Positions 18,642-28,872 of a stretch of 64,000 nt of DNA are shown one piece after another. Made by a program: the position numbers and the translations under genes. Position 1 is the first letter of the stretch, and each line of letters opens with the position of its first letter. The notes beneath the pieces are model-generated. The model saw only the letters and a program-made list of their open reading frames with translations, was not told the origin of the DNA and ran no database searches. The stretch lies in contig CAMWPM010000010.1 in assembly GCA_947176235.1 (NCBI GenBank), positions 1,523-65,522 of the forward strand, in the 5' to 3' direction. The stretch is from an uncultured Bacteroidales bacterium (GTDB taxonomy: Bacteria; Bacteroidota; Bacteroidia; Bacteroidales; Muribaculaceae).

Positions 18642-18682
18642 AAATCAGGCACTATGTCAAGACTTGACATAGTGCCTGATTT
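18642..18682. terminator. bidirectional hairpin terminator (perfect 19-bp stem)
   Basis: AAATCAGGCACTATGTCAA-gac-TTGACATAGTGCCTGATTT, with A and T tracts on both sides. It sits between convergent ansA and the minus-strand MFS gene. Confidence 0.8.
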
Positions 18683-18712
18683 ATATTTTCTCGGATCATC
18701 CTCCCGCCCACC

Positions 18713-18747
18713 AACTCCTAACTCCTAACTCCTAACTCCTAACTCCC
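18713..18747. repeat. tandem heptanucleotide array, 5 units (AACTCCT x4, AACTCCC), abutting the stop codon of the minus-strand MFS gene
   Basis: Read directly. On the minus strand it reads TAG-TTGGGAGTT-(AGGAGTT)x4. Confidence 0.95.
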
Positions 18748-18749
18748 AA

Positions 18750-19961
18750 CTACCTCAGCTTATTCCTGTTGAAATGCGGTTCCGTCATCATCTGGAATAT
18801 CGAGAGAGCCACCGCCACAGCCAGCGCGCTTGATAGGAAAGCCGTCTGATAGTGAAAATGATCCACGATCACACCTCCGAGCATTATTCCCGCCCCCGCA
18901 CCGAAATCCCACGACGTCAGATAAGTCGAGTTCGCAGTGCCGCGCTGGCTGTTCGGCGCGAGGTTTATAAATATCGTCTGATAGGCGGGAGCGAACATAC
19001 CCTGTCCAAGTCCGATTATCAGCGCCGACAGATAGTAGCCCGGTATCGAAGTCCATAGGGCGAATATGCTGTAGCCGATTATCAGAATCGTCGATCCCAC
19101 GGTGATATTGATTGTCACCATCCCCTTGTTGATCCAGTGCGATGCGAAGAGACGTGAGAAGATGATGCCGATTGCAAGCAGTAGGAAGAAGGTGCCTGAT
19201 CCGTTGGTGATCCCTATCTCCTCCTTACCGTAGATGGCGAGAAACGTCGTCACAAGCCCGTAGGCGTATGCTACGAAGAAGAGGTTTATGCTCTCCCTCC
19301 ACGCACTCTTCAGCCAGAATCTGTCAAACGACAGTGGCTGCTTCACCCTTCTCAGGTCATGCTTCCTCCCCCTCACCATCGTCACCGCCACAAAGCCTAA
19401 GCCCGCGGCAACGAGAGCGATTGTGAATATCATGGTATATCGGGCACCCGACTGATAGAGGTACATCGACACCGCCGGACCGATACACATTGCCAGATTG
19501 TTTGCCACTCCGTAATAGGCGATTCCCGTTCCGCGCTTTGCAGGAGGCATCACGTCGATTGCCACAGTGGCGTTGCTCACCGACACGCCGCCGTACGACA
19601 GTCCGTGCAGTGCCCTCACTATTGCGAAAGTAAGAATCGTTCCTGCTACAAGATAACCGCCGAAAAGCACGAAAAACACGCCTAAGCTCGCCACAAGCAC
19701 AATCTTTCGCGGCAGACTGTCCACCATAAATCCGCTGAACGGTCTGAACACAAGGCATGCGATCGCATAGAGTGACAGCACGCTTCCGATCATCGACTTC
19801 GATGCGTCGAACACATCGTCCAGATACAGCGGTAGCACAGGCATGAGCACATAGAACGAGAAGAACACCATGAAATTCGCCACGCAGCACAGCACGAAAT
19901 CATGATTCCAGAGCTTTTCAGGCGCACAGTCACGCATCATTGTTTCCCTCTCTTCCGCCAT
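18750..19961 (-). CDS. MFS transporter
   Basis: 403 aa with ~12 TM segments. An MFS motif-A-like sequence GFMVDSLPRKIV follows TM2. Confidence 0.85.
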   Translation of the reverse strand: MAEERETMMRDCAPEKLWNHDFVLCCVANFMVFFSFYVLMPVLPLYLDDVFDASKSMIGSVLSLYAIACLVFRPFSGFMVDSLPRKIVLVASLGVFFVLFGGYLVAGTILTFAIVRALHGLSYGGVSVSNATVAIDVMPPAKRGTGIAYYGVANNLAMCIGPAVSMYLYQSGARYTMIFTIALVAAGLGFVAVTMVRGRKHDLRRVKQPLSFDRFWLKSAWRESINLFFVAYAYGLVTTFLAIYGKEEIGITNGSGTFFLLLAIGIIFSRLFASHWINKGMVTINITVGSTILIIGYSIFALWTSIPGYYLSALIIGLGQGMFAPAYQTIFINLAPNSQRGTANSTYLTSWDFGAGAGIMLGGVIVDHFHYQTAFLSSALAVAVALSIFQMMTEPHFNRNKLR

Positions 19962-19982
19962 AATCCTTTGCGTTTGATTTCC

Positions 19983-21185
19983 CTATTTTCTCACACTGTT
20001 CCCCCACGTGTAATTGCGGGTTCGCGTCTTCCTTGACGCTACCCCGTAGGCGGCGTTGTAGAGTGGTCGTATCAGTATCGCCGGAGCCACGAGTATGCCG
20101 GCTATCTTGAGTCCGAGCATCTCAAGTGTACCGCGCCACGTCATCGCCGCGGCAGCCATATAGGCTGTCATAGCCACGAGTGCCACAGCTATGGAGGTAA
20201 GCACCCCTCCCCCTGTCAGAGCCTCTGCCACGATCGATCCCACGGCGCTCAGAACTCCCGTCCACGCAAGCATCGGTCCGCTTCCGGCTATCAGTCTGGC
20301 GCGGCGTCCGAGTCCTTTCTCCGTGAACGATCTTCTTAGCTTTGACTCTCTGAATGCGCGCTGCGGATTGCTCCAGCCCAGTCTCACCAGAGAGTCACTT
20401 CCCAGAGCCACCCGGGTGTTCTCGCTCGTGGCTATCTCGCTCACGAAAATGTCATCGTCGCCGTAATGGAGTGTGAGCGATCGTGAGAAGCCTTTGTGGC
20501 TGATGAAAAGCTGCTTTCTGTAGGCGAGCGAGTAGCTGTTGCCTCGGTAGGGGCGTCCGGTCAGCGCACTGTCGAGGTAGATCACCGTCCCGGATGCTGC
20601 GTCAAGTGTCCTCACAGCCTCCGGAAGTCCGCTTCCCCATAGTTCCAGGGGCGACACAGGCGTTATTACCACCTGCGTGTCCTTGTCAAAGCATTCCGCC
20701 ACACTTCTCACCCAGCCTTTCGTCACCACGGCATCCGCCTCCGTGCAGAGTATTATCGGATAATGTGCCGCTTTCACCCCAAGAGTTATTGCCAGCTTAC
20801 GCCTGCTGATATTATGAGCCTCGTCCGGAACGAATGTCAGGTAAAGATTCTTATGCTTTATTGCAAGCGAATTATATACGTCCGACGTGGCGTCCGGCCG
20901 CCCGTCGCTCACAATTATCACCTCATATTCCCCCTCGTAATCCTGATTCATCAGCGTTCCGAGCAGTCGTGACAGCGATGCCGCATCCTCTCGGCAGTAC
21001 ACTATCACCGAAATCCCCTCCCGCGTCCCCGGTGCCGCCGGCTCATACGCCTCGGCACGCCTTCTTGGACGGCTCACACTCAGAAAATAGGGGATAGAAA
21101 GCAACAGTGTTGCCACCGGCGCGAGCAGAAGCACCCACTCCCACCATGTCGTTCCCACACTGAAATTATACCATTGGAATTGCAT
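19983..21185 (-). CDS. membrane-embedded family-2 glycosyltransferase
   Basis: An N-terminal TM segment is followed by a GT-A fold signature (ISVIVYCRED...LMNQDYEGEYEVIIVSDG...CTEADAVV) and then 3-4 C-terminal TM segments, an architecture resembling synthase or lipid-glycosyltransferase enzymes. Confidence 0.75.
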   Translation of the reverse strand: MQFQWYNFSVGTTWWEWVLLLAPVATLLLSIPYFLSVSRPRRRAEAYEPAAPGTREGISVIVYCREDAASLSRLLGTLMNQDYEGEYEVIIVSDGRPDATSDVYNSLAIKHKNLYLTFVPDEAHNISRRKLAITLGVKAAHYPIILCTEADAVVTKGWVRSVAECFDKDTQVVITPVSPLELWGSGLPEAVRTLDAASGTVIYLDSALTGRPYRGNSYSLAYRKQLFISHKGFSRSLTLHYGDDDIFVSEIATSENTRVALGSDSLVRLGWSNPQRAFRESKLRRSFTEKGLGRRARLIAGSGPMLAWTGVLSAVGSIVAEALTGGGVLTSIAVALVAMTAYMAAAAMTWRGTLEMLGLKIAGILVAPAILIRPLYNAAYGVASRKTRTRNYTWGNSVRK

Positions 21186-21212
21186 TGCTATGCTATTGTC
21201 TGTTATTTTGAG

Positions 21213-22502
21213 TTATCTGTAAGCCAGACACGAGTCCAGTGCGGCGGTGATTGCCGTGCGGTCAAGATTGCGCCCGATTATCACGAGTTTTATCATTCGG
21301 TCCCCGTATGTTTCGTCCCAGTCACGCATCAGCCCGGGCTCACGCTTCATCAGCTCTGCAAGTTCCTCCTCGGGTGCCGTGGCATACCAGTAGCCCGATT
21401 CCGTCACCTTCTTTTGTCTGCCTGCCTGTTCAAAGAGCAGCGACATGTCACGGTTATGATTGAAGTAGATTATCCCCTTGCAGCGGATGATGTTTCTCGG
21501 CCAGTCAACAGCTACAAAGCGGTCAAACTTGTGAAGGTCGAACGGCTGGCGGCGATAGTAGACGAACGTCTGTACCCCGTATTCCTCCGCCTCCCCCTCA
21601 TCATGATCATGGTGATGATGATGGTGATGGTGGTGCCCGTGCTCTTCCTCATCATGTTCATGCTCGTGGTGGTGATGCTCATGCTCCTCGTCATGATGAT
21701 GCTCGTGATCATCATCGTCGTCATGATGATGGTGATGACGGGCTTCAGCCTCCTCCTCTTCAGTCACCGGACGCTCTATTTCATGGATCCATGCTGCGGA
21801 AGTAGCCACCTTCTCGAAGTTGAAGAGTTTTGTGTAGAGTAAGCGCTCCAGAGCCACGTCGCAGTAGTCGCACTCGATTATCTTGGCTCTCGGCTGGATG
21901 GCGCGGATTATACGGCGCACGCGTTCAGCCTCCTCCGCCGTCACTTCCGATATCTTGTTGAGCAGGATGATGTTGCAGAATTCCACCTGCTCTATTATCA
22001 GGTTCTCGATATCATCCTCTCCCAGATCGGGACGCTTTAGCTGTTCTCCGCACCCGAATTCATCGCGCATTCGCAGTGCGTCCACCACCGTGACGATGCA
22101 GTCAAGGCGCGGTATGCCTTCCGAGGTGTATTCATCGTCCATCATCCGCATCGAAGTGATGGTCTGTGCTATTGGGGCAGGCTCGCAGATGCCGCTTGCC
22201 TCGATCACGATATAGTCGAACGAATGGGTGGCGATGAGGTCACGGAGTTGCTCGATAAGGTCCATCTTAAGCGTGCAGCAGATGCAGCCGTTCTGAAGCG
22301 CCACCAGATCCTCAGCGCCCTCTTTCTGACCCACAATACCCCCCTTCTGAATCAGCGAGGCATCGATATTCACCTCTCCCAAGTCATTTACTATCACCGC
22401 AAAGCGTATCCCCTTGCGATTCGTCAGAATATGATTCAGCAATGTAGTCTTGCCGCTTCCCAGATAGCCCGTGAGAAGAAGCACTGGAGTTTCCGTTTTC
22501 AT
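21213..22502 (-). CDS. COG0523-family metallochaperone GTPase (CobW/YeiR/ZigA-like) with an internal His/Asp/Glu-rich tract
   Basis: I place the start at MKTETPVLLLTGYLGSGKTTLLN (P-loop). The GCICCTL (CxCC) metal motif and the IVIEASG/EP switch are present, as is the ~60-aa tract RHHHHHDDDDDHEHHHDEEHEHHHHEHEHDEEEHGHHHHHHHHHDHDE. Confidence 0.9.
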   Translation of the reverse strand: MKTETPVLLLTGYLGSGKTTLLNHILTNRKGIRFAVIVNDLGEVNIDASLIQKGGIVGQKEGAEDLVALQNGCICCTLKMDLIEQLRDLIATHSFDYIVIEASGICEPAPIAQTITSMRMMDDEYTSEGIPRLDCIVTVVDALRMRDEFGCGEQLKRPDLGEDDIENLIIEQVEFCNIILLNKISEVTAEEAERVRRIIRAIQPRAKIIECDYCDVALERLLYTKLFNFEKVATSAAWIHEIERPVTEEEEAEARHHHHHDDDDDHEHHHDEEHEHHHHEHEHDEEEHGHHHHHHHHHDHDEGEAEEYGVQTFVYYRRQPFDLHKFDRFVAVDWPRNIIRCKGIIYFNHNRDMSLLFEQAGRQKKVTESGYWYATAPEEELAELMKREPGLMRDWDETYGDRMIKLVIIGRNLDRTAITAALDSCLAYR

Positions 22503-22553
22503 TGAATTTCTGTTTTTTGTTATGATCTCGCCAATATTGGCTATGATCCTTCT

Positions 22554-22577
22554 GCAATGCAAAGATAATGCATTTGC
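22554..22577. promoter_or_regulatory. imperfect inverted repeat overlapping a minus-strand -7 box (TATCTTTG, 22560-22567): candidate operator and promoter of the COG0523 operon
   Basis: GCAATGCA-aagataa-TGCATTTGC; the inner ATGCA-N7-TGCAT repeat is perfect. The -7 box lies ~58 nt upstream of start 22502. Confidence 0.4.
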
Positions 22578-22839
22578 GCCAAATAATCTTAAATCCTCCC
22601 TCCAAATTACCTCCCGATTCCATTTCAAAATTTCCACTTTTTCTTTCTTTTGAAGTAATAAATACTCTGAAATTCATCCTTCATTCGGCGCATAATTCCT
22701 CACTGTGTCTATTTTTCTTTCCGGTAGCTCCGCCTTTCGCATGCTATTTCCGGTCACTTTACCTATCTTAGAATCATTTGATTAGCGTTTTTTAACGCTA
22801 ATTTCTACATCAAAATTTGGTCGTTTCGTCAAAGATTCC

Positions 22840-22847
22840 TACCTTTG
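22840..22847 (+). promoter_or_regulatory. candidate -7 promoter box (TACCTTTG) for the tRNA
   Basis: Matches TAnnTTTG and ends 14 nt before the first tRNA nucleotide. Confidence 0.5.
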
Positions 22848-22861
22848 CACTATCAAAACAT

Positions 22862-22933
<72 letters not shown>

Positions 22934-22947
22934 CTAATTTGAATTTC

Positions 22948-22980
22948 AAGGCTGTAGCTCTATTGCTTACAGCCTTTTTC
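22948..22980 (+). terminator. hairpin plus T-run after the tRNA
   Basis: AAGGCTGTA-N11-TACAGCCTT followed by TTTC. Confidence 0.5.
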
Positions 22981-23011
22981 TATATATCATTGACATTCCC
23001 CCATTTCATCC

Positions 23012-24586
23012 ATGGCTTTCACCTCCCGCTCCGTCGCACTTCTCCGGATCATTCTCATAATATCATCCTTGGCTTTCCCGTCGGCTGTCGCTGCTCGGCG
23101 TCGACACGAAAATCACCGGCTCGACAGCACCTTGCGAGTCCTCGATCGTGAGATCAACTCCCGCCGTCACTACATCGACCTCCGACGAGCCTCCATCGAC
23201 TCCCTGCACAGCCTCCCCATGTCACCCCTCGAACGACACAAAAAGATCGGCGACCGATATGCCGGATTCGAGACTGACTCCGCCATGTTCCACTACCGCC
23301 GTGGGCTTGAGGAAGCCACTCGCCTCGGCAACGATTCCGCAGCACTCGTTTTCCGTCTCCGTTCTGCCGTGCAGATGCCCCTTCTCGGTCTGATAGAGGA
23401 AGCTAAGGAAACATTCATCACCATTGATACTGCTGCTATCCCCCTCCAGCTCCTCCCCGACTACTACAACGCCGGACGTCAGATGTCGAGCTACATTGCC
23501 TCCCACTACAGCCACGTCCCCGCCTACGCCACACGCTGGAATAGCGAGACCGATCTCATGCAGGCGGCTCTTATAGCCCACCTCTCCCCCGACGATCCCC
23601 TCTATTCCCTCAATCTCGCCGAACGCTCGCTTCACCACGGCGACTACGATTCCTCCCGACGCATCATCGGATCTCTCCTCCCCCGCCTCAGCGAGACCGA
23701 CAATTCCTACGCTCGCGCATGCCACATCATGGCTGAAGCTTCACGAGGCCTCGGCAACGAGCACGATTATCTCTACTATCTCTCCCTCTCGGCAATCGCC
23801 GACCTCCGCGCCGCCACCCTCGAAGTCACCTCGCTTCAGGAGCTGGGTGCCGCACTCCACCACAGCGAGGACACCGAGCGTGCCTACCGATACCTCACCA
23901 CTGCCCTCGCCAACGCTGCCGAATGTCAGGCGTCCATGCGCGTGCTCCAGACGTCCACCGCTCTAACCCTCATCGAGCAGGCTCACAACGAGCAGACACG
24001 CATCTGGCATCGCTGGACGCGCATTGTCATGGCTCTCCTCGCCATCCTCCTTCTCGTCGCTCTCGGTGCGTTCGTGATGCTCCGGATCGAGACGCACCGC
24101 CTCCGCCACATGAAGGAACGCCTCGAAAGCGCCAACGACGTCAAGGAAATCTGCATCTCCCAGTTCCTCAACCTCTGCTCTGTCTACATGTCGCAGCTCA
24201 CGCAGTTCCGCAAGATGGTTGAGCGGAAGATCGCCACCGGAAAGGTCGACGATCTCCACCGCCTTGTCAAGTCAGGCAAATGGATGGACGAGCAGAGCCG
24301 CGAGTTCTACGATGTGTTTGATCGCGCTTTCCTTTCGATTTACCCCGACTTTATCGACGACGTTAACCGCCTCCTCCGCCCCGACCAGTCAATCGAACTT
24401 AAGCAGGGCGAACTTCTTAACACCGATCTCCGCATCCTCGCATTCCTGCGCCTCGGCATCAACGATGCCACACGCATTGCCCTGCTTCTCAATCTGTCCG
24501 TCAACACCATCTACGCCTACCGCTCGCGCCTCCGCGACCGTGCCCTCAACCGCGACACTTTCGAGGACTCCCTCCATCGCCGTTGA
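23012..24586 (+). CDS. single-pass membrane regulator: N-terminal helical/TPR-like sensor region, TM segment, C-terminal LuxR/sigma-region-4-like HTH
   Basis: Signal or anchor MAFTSRSVALLRIILIISSLAF, internal TM IVMALLAILLLVALGAFVML, and a C-terminal LRILAFLRLGINDATRIALLLNLSVNTIYAYRSRLRDRA helix-turn-helix. The architecture matches a Bacteroidota family I recall as DUF6377; this is from memory and not verified. Confidence 0.65.
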   Translation: MAFTSRSVALLRIILIISSLAFPSAVAARRRHENHRLDSTLRVLDREINSRRHYIDLRRASIDSLHSLPMSPLERHKKIGDRYAGFETDSAMFHYRRGLEEATRLGNDSAALVFRLRSAVQMPLLGLIEEAKETFITIDTAAIPLQLLPDYYNAGRQMSSYIASHYSHVPAYATRWNSETDLMQAALIAHLSPDDPLYSLNLAERSLHHGDYDSSRRIIGSLLPRLSETDNSYARACHIMAEASRGLGNEHDYLYYLSLSAIADLRAATLEVTSLQELGAALHHSEDTERAYRYLTTALANAAECQASMRVLQTSTALTLIEQAHNEQTRIWHRWTRIVMALLAILLLVALGAFVMLRIETHRLRHMKERLESANDVKEICISQFLNLCSVYMSQLTQFRKMVERKIATGKVDDLHRLVKSGKWMDEQSREFYDVFDRAFLSIYPDFIDDVNRLLRPDQSIELKQGELLNTDLRILAFLRLGINDATRIALLLNLSVNTIYAYRSRLRDRALNRDTFEDSLHRR

Positions 24587-24643
24587 TTCCGCCCCCGCAT
24601 CAACTTCTTTCCCCCGCACTTGGCATATACGCGGATTTTTCGC

Positions 24644-24651
24644 TATCTTTG
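24644..24651 (+). promoter_or_regulatory. candidate -7 promoter box (TATCTTTG) for ruvX-def
   Basis: Matches TAnnTTTG and lies 50 nt upstream of ATG 24701. Confidence 0.45.
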
Positions 24652-24700
24652 TACTCACTTACGAAGTTAGTAACTTTCTTTGACATTAATCACCGCCAGG

Positions 24701-25138
24701 ATGGGCAGACTCCTTTCTATCGACTACGGACGCAAGCGTTGCGGCATCGCCGTGACCGACCCGATGCGTATTGTTGCCACCGGACTCACCACTGTCCCCT
24801 CCCACCGCCTCGAAGAGTTTCTGAAAGATTACTTCTCACGCGAAAAGGTCGACGCCGTTATCGTCGGTCTACCCACCACCCTCCGCGGCGAGCCCTCCGA
24901 GTCTATGCGCTATATCAACCCTGCAATTGCCCGCTTGCGCCGCGTTTTCCCTAATCTCACCATCACGTTTTGGGACGAACGTTTCACATCCGTCCTCGCC
25001 CACCGCTCCATGCTTGAGGGAGGTCTGAAGAAATCCGACCGCCGCGACAAGGCGCTTGTCGACGAAATGTCCGCAACCATCCTTCTCAACGACTATCTCA
25101 ACAGCCGTCCCATCGCCTCAAATTCCACTTCCGAATAA
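24701..25138 (+). CDS. ruvX: Holliday-junction-resolvase-like pre-16S rRNA nuclease YqgF/RuvX
   Basis: MGRLLSIDYGRKRCGIAVTD...VDAVIVGLP...DERFTS match the YqgF motifs. Position 24680 in the track is TTG; the first ATG is at 24701. Confidence 0.9.
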   Translation: MGRLLSIDYGRKRCGIAVTDPMRIVATGLTTVPSHRLEEFLKDYFSREKVDAVIVGLPTTLRGEPSESMRYINPAIARLRRVFPNLTITFWDERFTSVLAHRSMLEGGLKKSDRRDKALVDEMSATILLNDYLNSRPIASNSTSE

Positions 25139-25167
25139 AAAAATCTTCTAATATTCCATATTGACCG

Positions 25168-25734
25168 ATGAAACTTCCCGTATATCTCTACGGACATCCC
25201 GTCCTCCGCGAGGAATCCGTCGACGTTACCCCCGATTATCCCGAGCTCAAGCGACTTGTGGCTGATATGTTCGAGACCATGTACGCCTCCGAAGGCGTCG
25301 GACTCGCTGCGCCTCAGATAGGCCGCAACATCCGGCTCGTCGTCATTGATTCCGACGTCCTCGCCGACACCTATCCCGAATGTGCCGGGCGCAAATTCAC
25401 TCTCATCAATCCCGTCATTGAGATTCTCGACGGCGAAAAGGTGACTCGCCCCGAAGGGTGCCTGAGCCTCCCCGGTTTGTCCGAGAACATCCCCCGCGTC
25501 GAGCACATCCGCCTCCGCTGGCTCGACGAGGATATGCAGCCTCACGAAGAGGAACTCTCCGGATTTCTCAGTCGCATTGTCCAGCACGAGTGCGATCACC
25601 TCGAGGGTCAACTCTACATTGACCATATCTCCCCCATCCGCAAGCAGCTGATCCGATCGAAGCTCCACAACATCATTGAAGGACGTACCCGCTGCGACTA
25701 CCCTGTAAAGACGGCCCCGCGACGCCGCAAATAA
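25168..25734 (+). CDS. def: peptide deformylase
   Basis: All three PDF motifs are present: [18 protein letters not shown] and QHECDHLEG. Confidence 0.95.
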   Translation: MKLPVYLYGHPVLREESVDVTPDYPELKRLVADMFETMYASEGVGLAAPQIGRNIRLVVIDSDVLADTYPECAGRKFTLINPVIEILDGEKVTRPEGCLSLPGLSENIPRVEHIRLRWLDEDMQPHEEELSGFLSRIVQHECDHLEGQLYIDHISPIRKQLIRSKLHNIIEGRTRCDYPVKTAPRRRK

Positions 25735-25776
25735 TCTCGAAACAATTCCAATCTCTGACTAATTTCACTGACTTTT

Positions 25777-27462
<1,686 letters not shown>

Positions 27463-27477
27463 AGGATTCCCCGTCGT

Positions 27478-28833
27478 ATGCTCTACCGTCCGCTACTCTT
27501 CTACTGGGCGTTCACCATCGCATTGTGGGTGCGAATGTCCGTCGGTTTCGTCACCGAGGAGATTCTGCCCCCGCTCGAAGTCCTGCGCTCTGTTATCGAG
27601 CTGCTCACCGACGTTACGTTTGCGGTGCTCGGCATCGCCACACTGCGAAATAAGCGCGACATATTCTTCTTCATCTCCTTCATTCTGCTTGCGTTCTTTT
27701 CCACGATTGTAGTCAACCGTCTCTCGTTCCCCATCTTTTTCAATGGATTTCGAGAGTTTGTCGGACTCACTTTGGCATTCCCGGCTCTGCGCTATCTCAT
27801 AGCGCGGAGTCCGGTGGATGGCTTTGTCGATCGTTTCGACCGTCAGCTCTACATTTTCCTGTGGGTGCAGGCGTTCTGCGTCACAATCCAGTTCATTAAG
27901 TACGGAGCCACCGACGCTGTCGGCGGTTCGTTCGGCTACGGGGGTAGCGGCACTGTGTCCATTCTCATCTACGTCATTTCCTTCTACCTCCTGATGCGTC
28001 GGCGTGTGCCCGATTCACTCTATCTCACTCTCTGGCGCAACAAATGGCTTATCATTCTTCTCTACCCATCGTTCCTCAACGAGACAAAAATCTCCCTCAT
28101 CCTACTCGCGCTCTACGCCGTTCTCCTTTTCCCGTTTTCCGCACGCCACTTCTGGCGGCTCCTGCTCTTCTCCCCCATCATCGCTGCCGGACTTTGGGGA
28201 ATATTTAACATCTACGCCCGCGTCACCAACCAGACGATGGACCGTCTCCTGTCGCTCGACTTCTACAATGCTTATATCATGGGCGAGGACGTCGACCGAC
28301 TCGTCGACTTCGCCATCGGGCTTCAGGATGGCGAGTTTGATGACGCGGCGATTCTGTGGACGGAGGATCTCCCCCGCATAGCCAAAATCGGACTTGCATT
28401 CTCCGCGCTCAACACCACCCGCGGTGGTCTGTGGCTCGGGGCGGGAGTCGGACACTTCAAAGGAGGTACCTCAATGGGACTTTCTCAATTTGCCAAACTC
28501 TACAACTGGCTCCTGGTTGGCACCCGTCCCATGCTTTTCTTCATGTTCATCCAGCTTGGATTCCTGGGAGTGATATGGCTGATATGCAATCTTGTCACGA
28601 GCCTTTTGCTACGTCGCAACTCCGACGAACGGTCTCTTAACATCAAGCTCTATCTCGCGGCACTGTTCGCCGTGCTGATGTTCTACAACGATTCTTTTCG
28701 ATTCACCTTCTTCTGTGTCCTCGTCTTCTACCCCATTCTGATTTACTCCACCCCATCCGAGCTTCTTGTTGAAGCCGACGACGAAGGAGAGGACTCCGGG
28801 AATGAAGCAGATCTTGACCGACAGCACTGCTGA
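27478..28833 (+). CDS. polytopic membrane protein, O-antigen polymerase/ligase (Wzy_C)-like
   Basis: About 10-11 TM segments with a large loop carrying GLWLGAGVGHFKGG, which resembles the GxGxGxF/H loop of Wzy/WaaL-type proteins. It lies convergent to a wza-wzc-GT locus. The assignment is tentative. Confidence 0.55.
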   Translation: MLYRPLLFYWAFTIALWVRMSVGFVTEEILPPLEVLRSVIELLTDVTFAVLGIATLRNKRDIFFFISFILLAFFSTIVVNRLSFPIFFNGFREFVGLTLAFPALRYLIARSPVDGFVDRFDRQLYIFLWVQAFCVTIQFIKYGATDAVGGSFGYGGSGTVSILIYVISFYLLMRRRVPDSLYLTLWRNKWLIILLYPSFLNETKISLILLALYAVLLFPFSARHFWRLLLFSPIIAAGLWGIFNIYARVTNQTMDRLLSLDFYNAYIMGEDVDRLVDFAIGLQDGEFDDAAILWTEDLPRIAKIGLAFSALNTTRGGLWLGAGVGHFKGGTSMGLSQFAKLYNWLLVGTRPMLFFMFIQLGFLGVIWLICNLVTSLLLRRNSDERSLNIKLYLAALFAVLMFYNDSFRFTFFCVLVFYPILIYSTPSELLVEADDEGEDSGNEADLDRQHC

Positions 28834-28872
28834 TATCGTACTCTCTCCCTGTGTTGTAGTATAGCTGTTCCC

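Noticed and set aside
17544-18747. The heptamer arrays considered as a possible CRISPR array or mobile-element terminal repeats.
   Set aside because: The units are only 7 nt, contiguous and without spacers. No cas genes, transposase or integrase lie nearby. They are reported as simple tandem repeats of unknown role.
21174-21842. A 222-aa plus-strand ORF with a striking Met/Val/Leu/Ile-rich hydrophobic stretch that looks like a membrane protein.
   Set aside because: The hydrophobic run is the reverse complement of the His/Asp/Glu codon repeats (CAT/CAC to ATG/GTG) of the COG0523 gene, whose P-loop and CxCC motifs make the minus strand the real coding strand.
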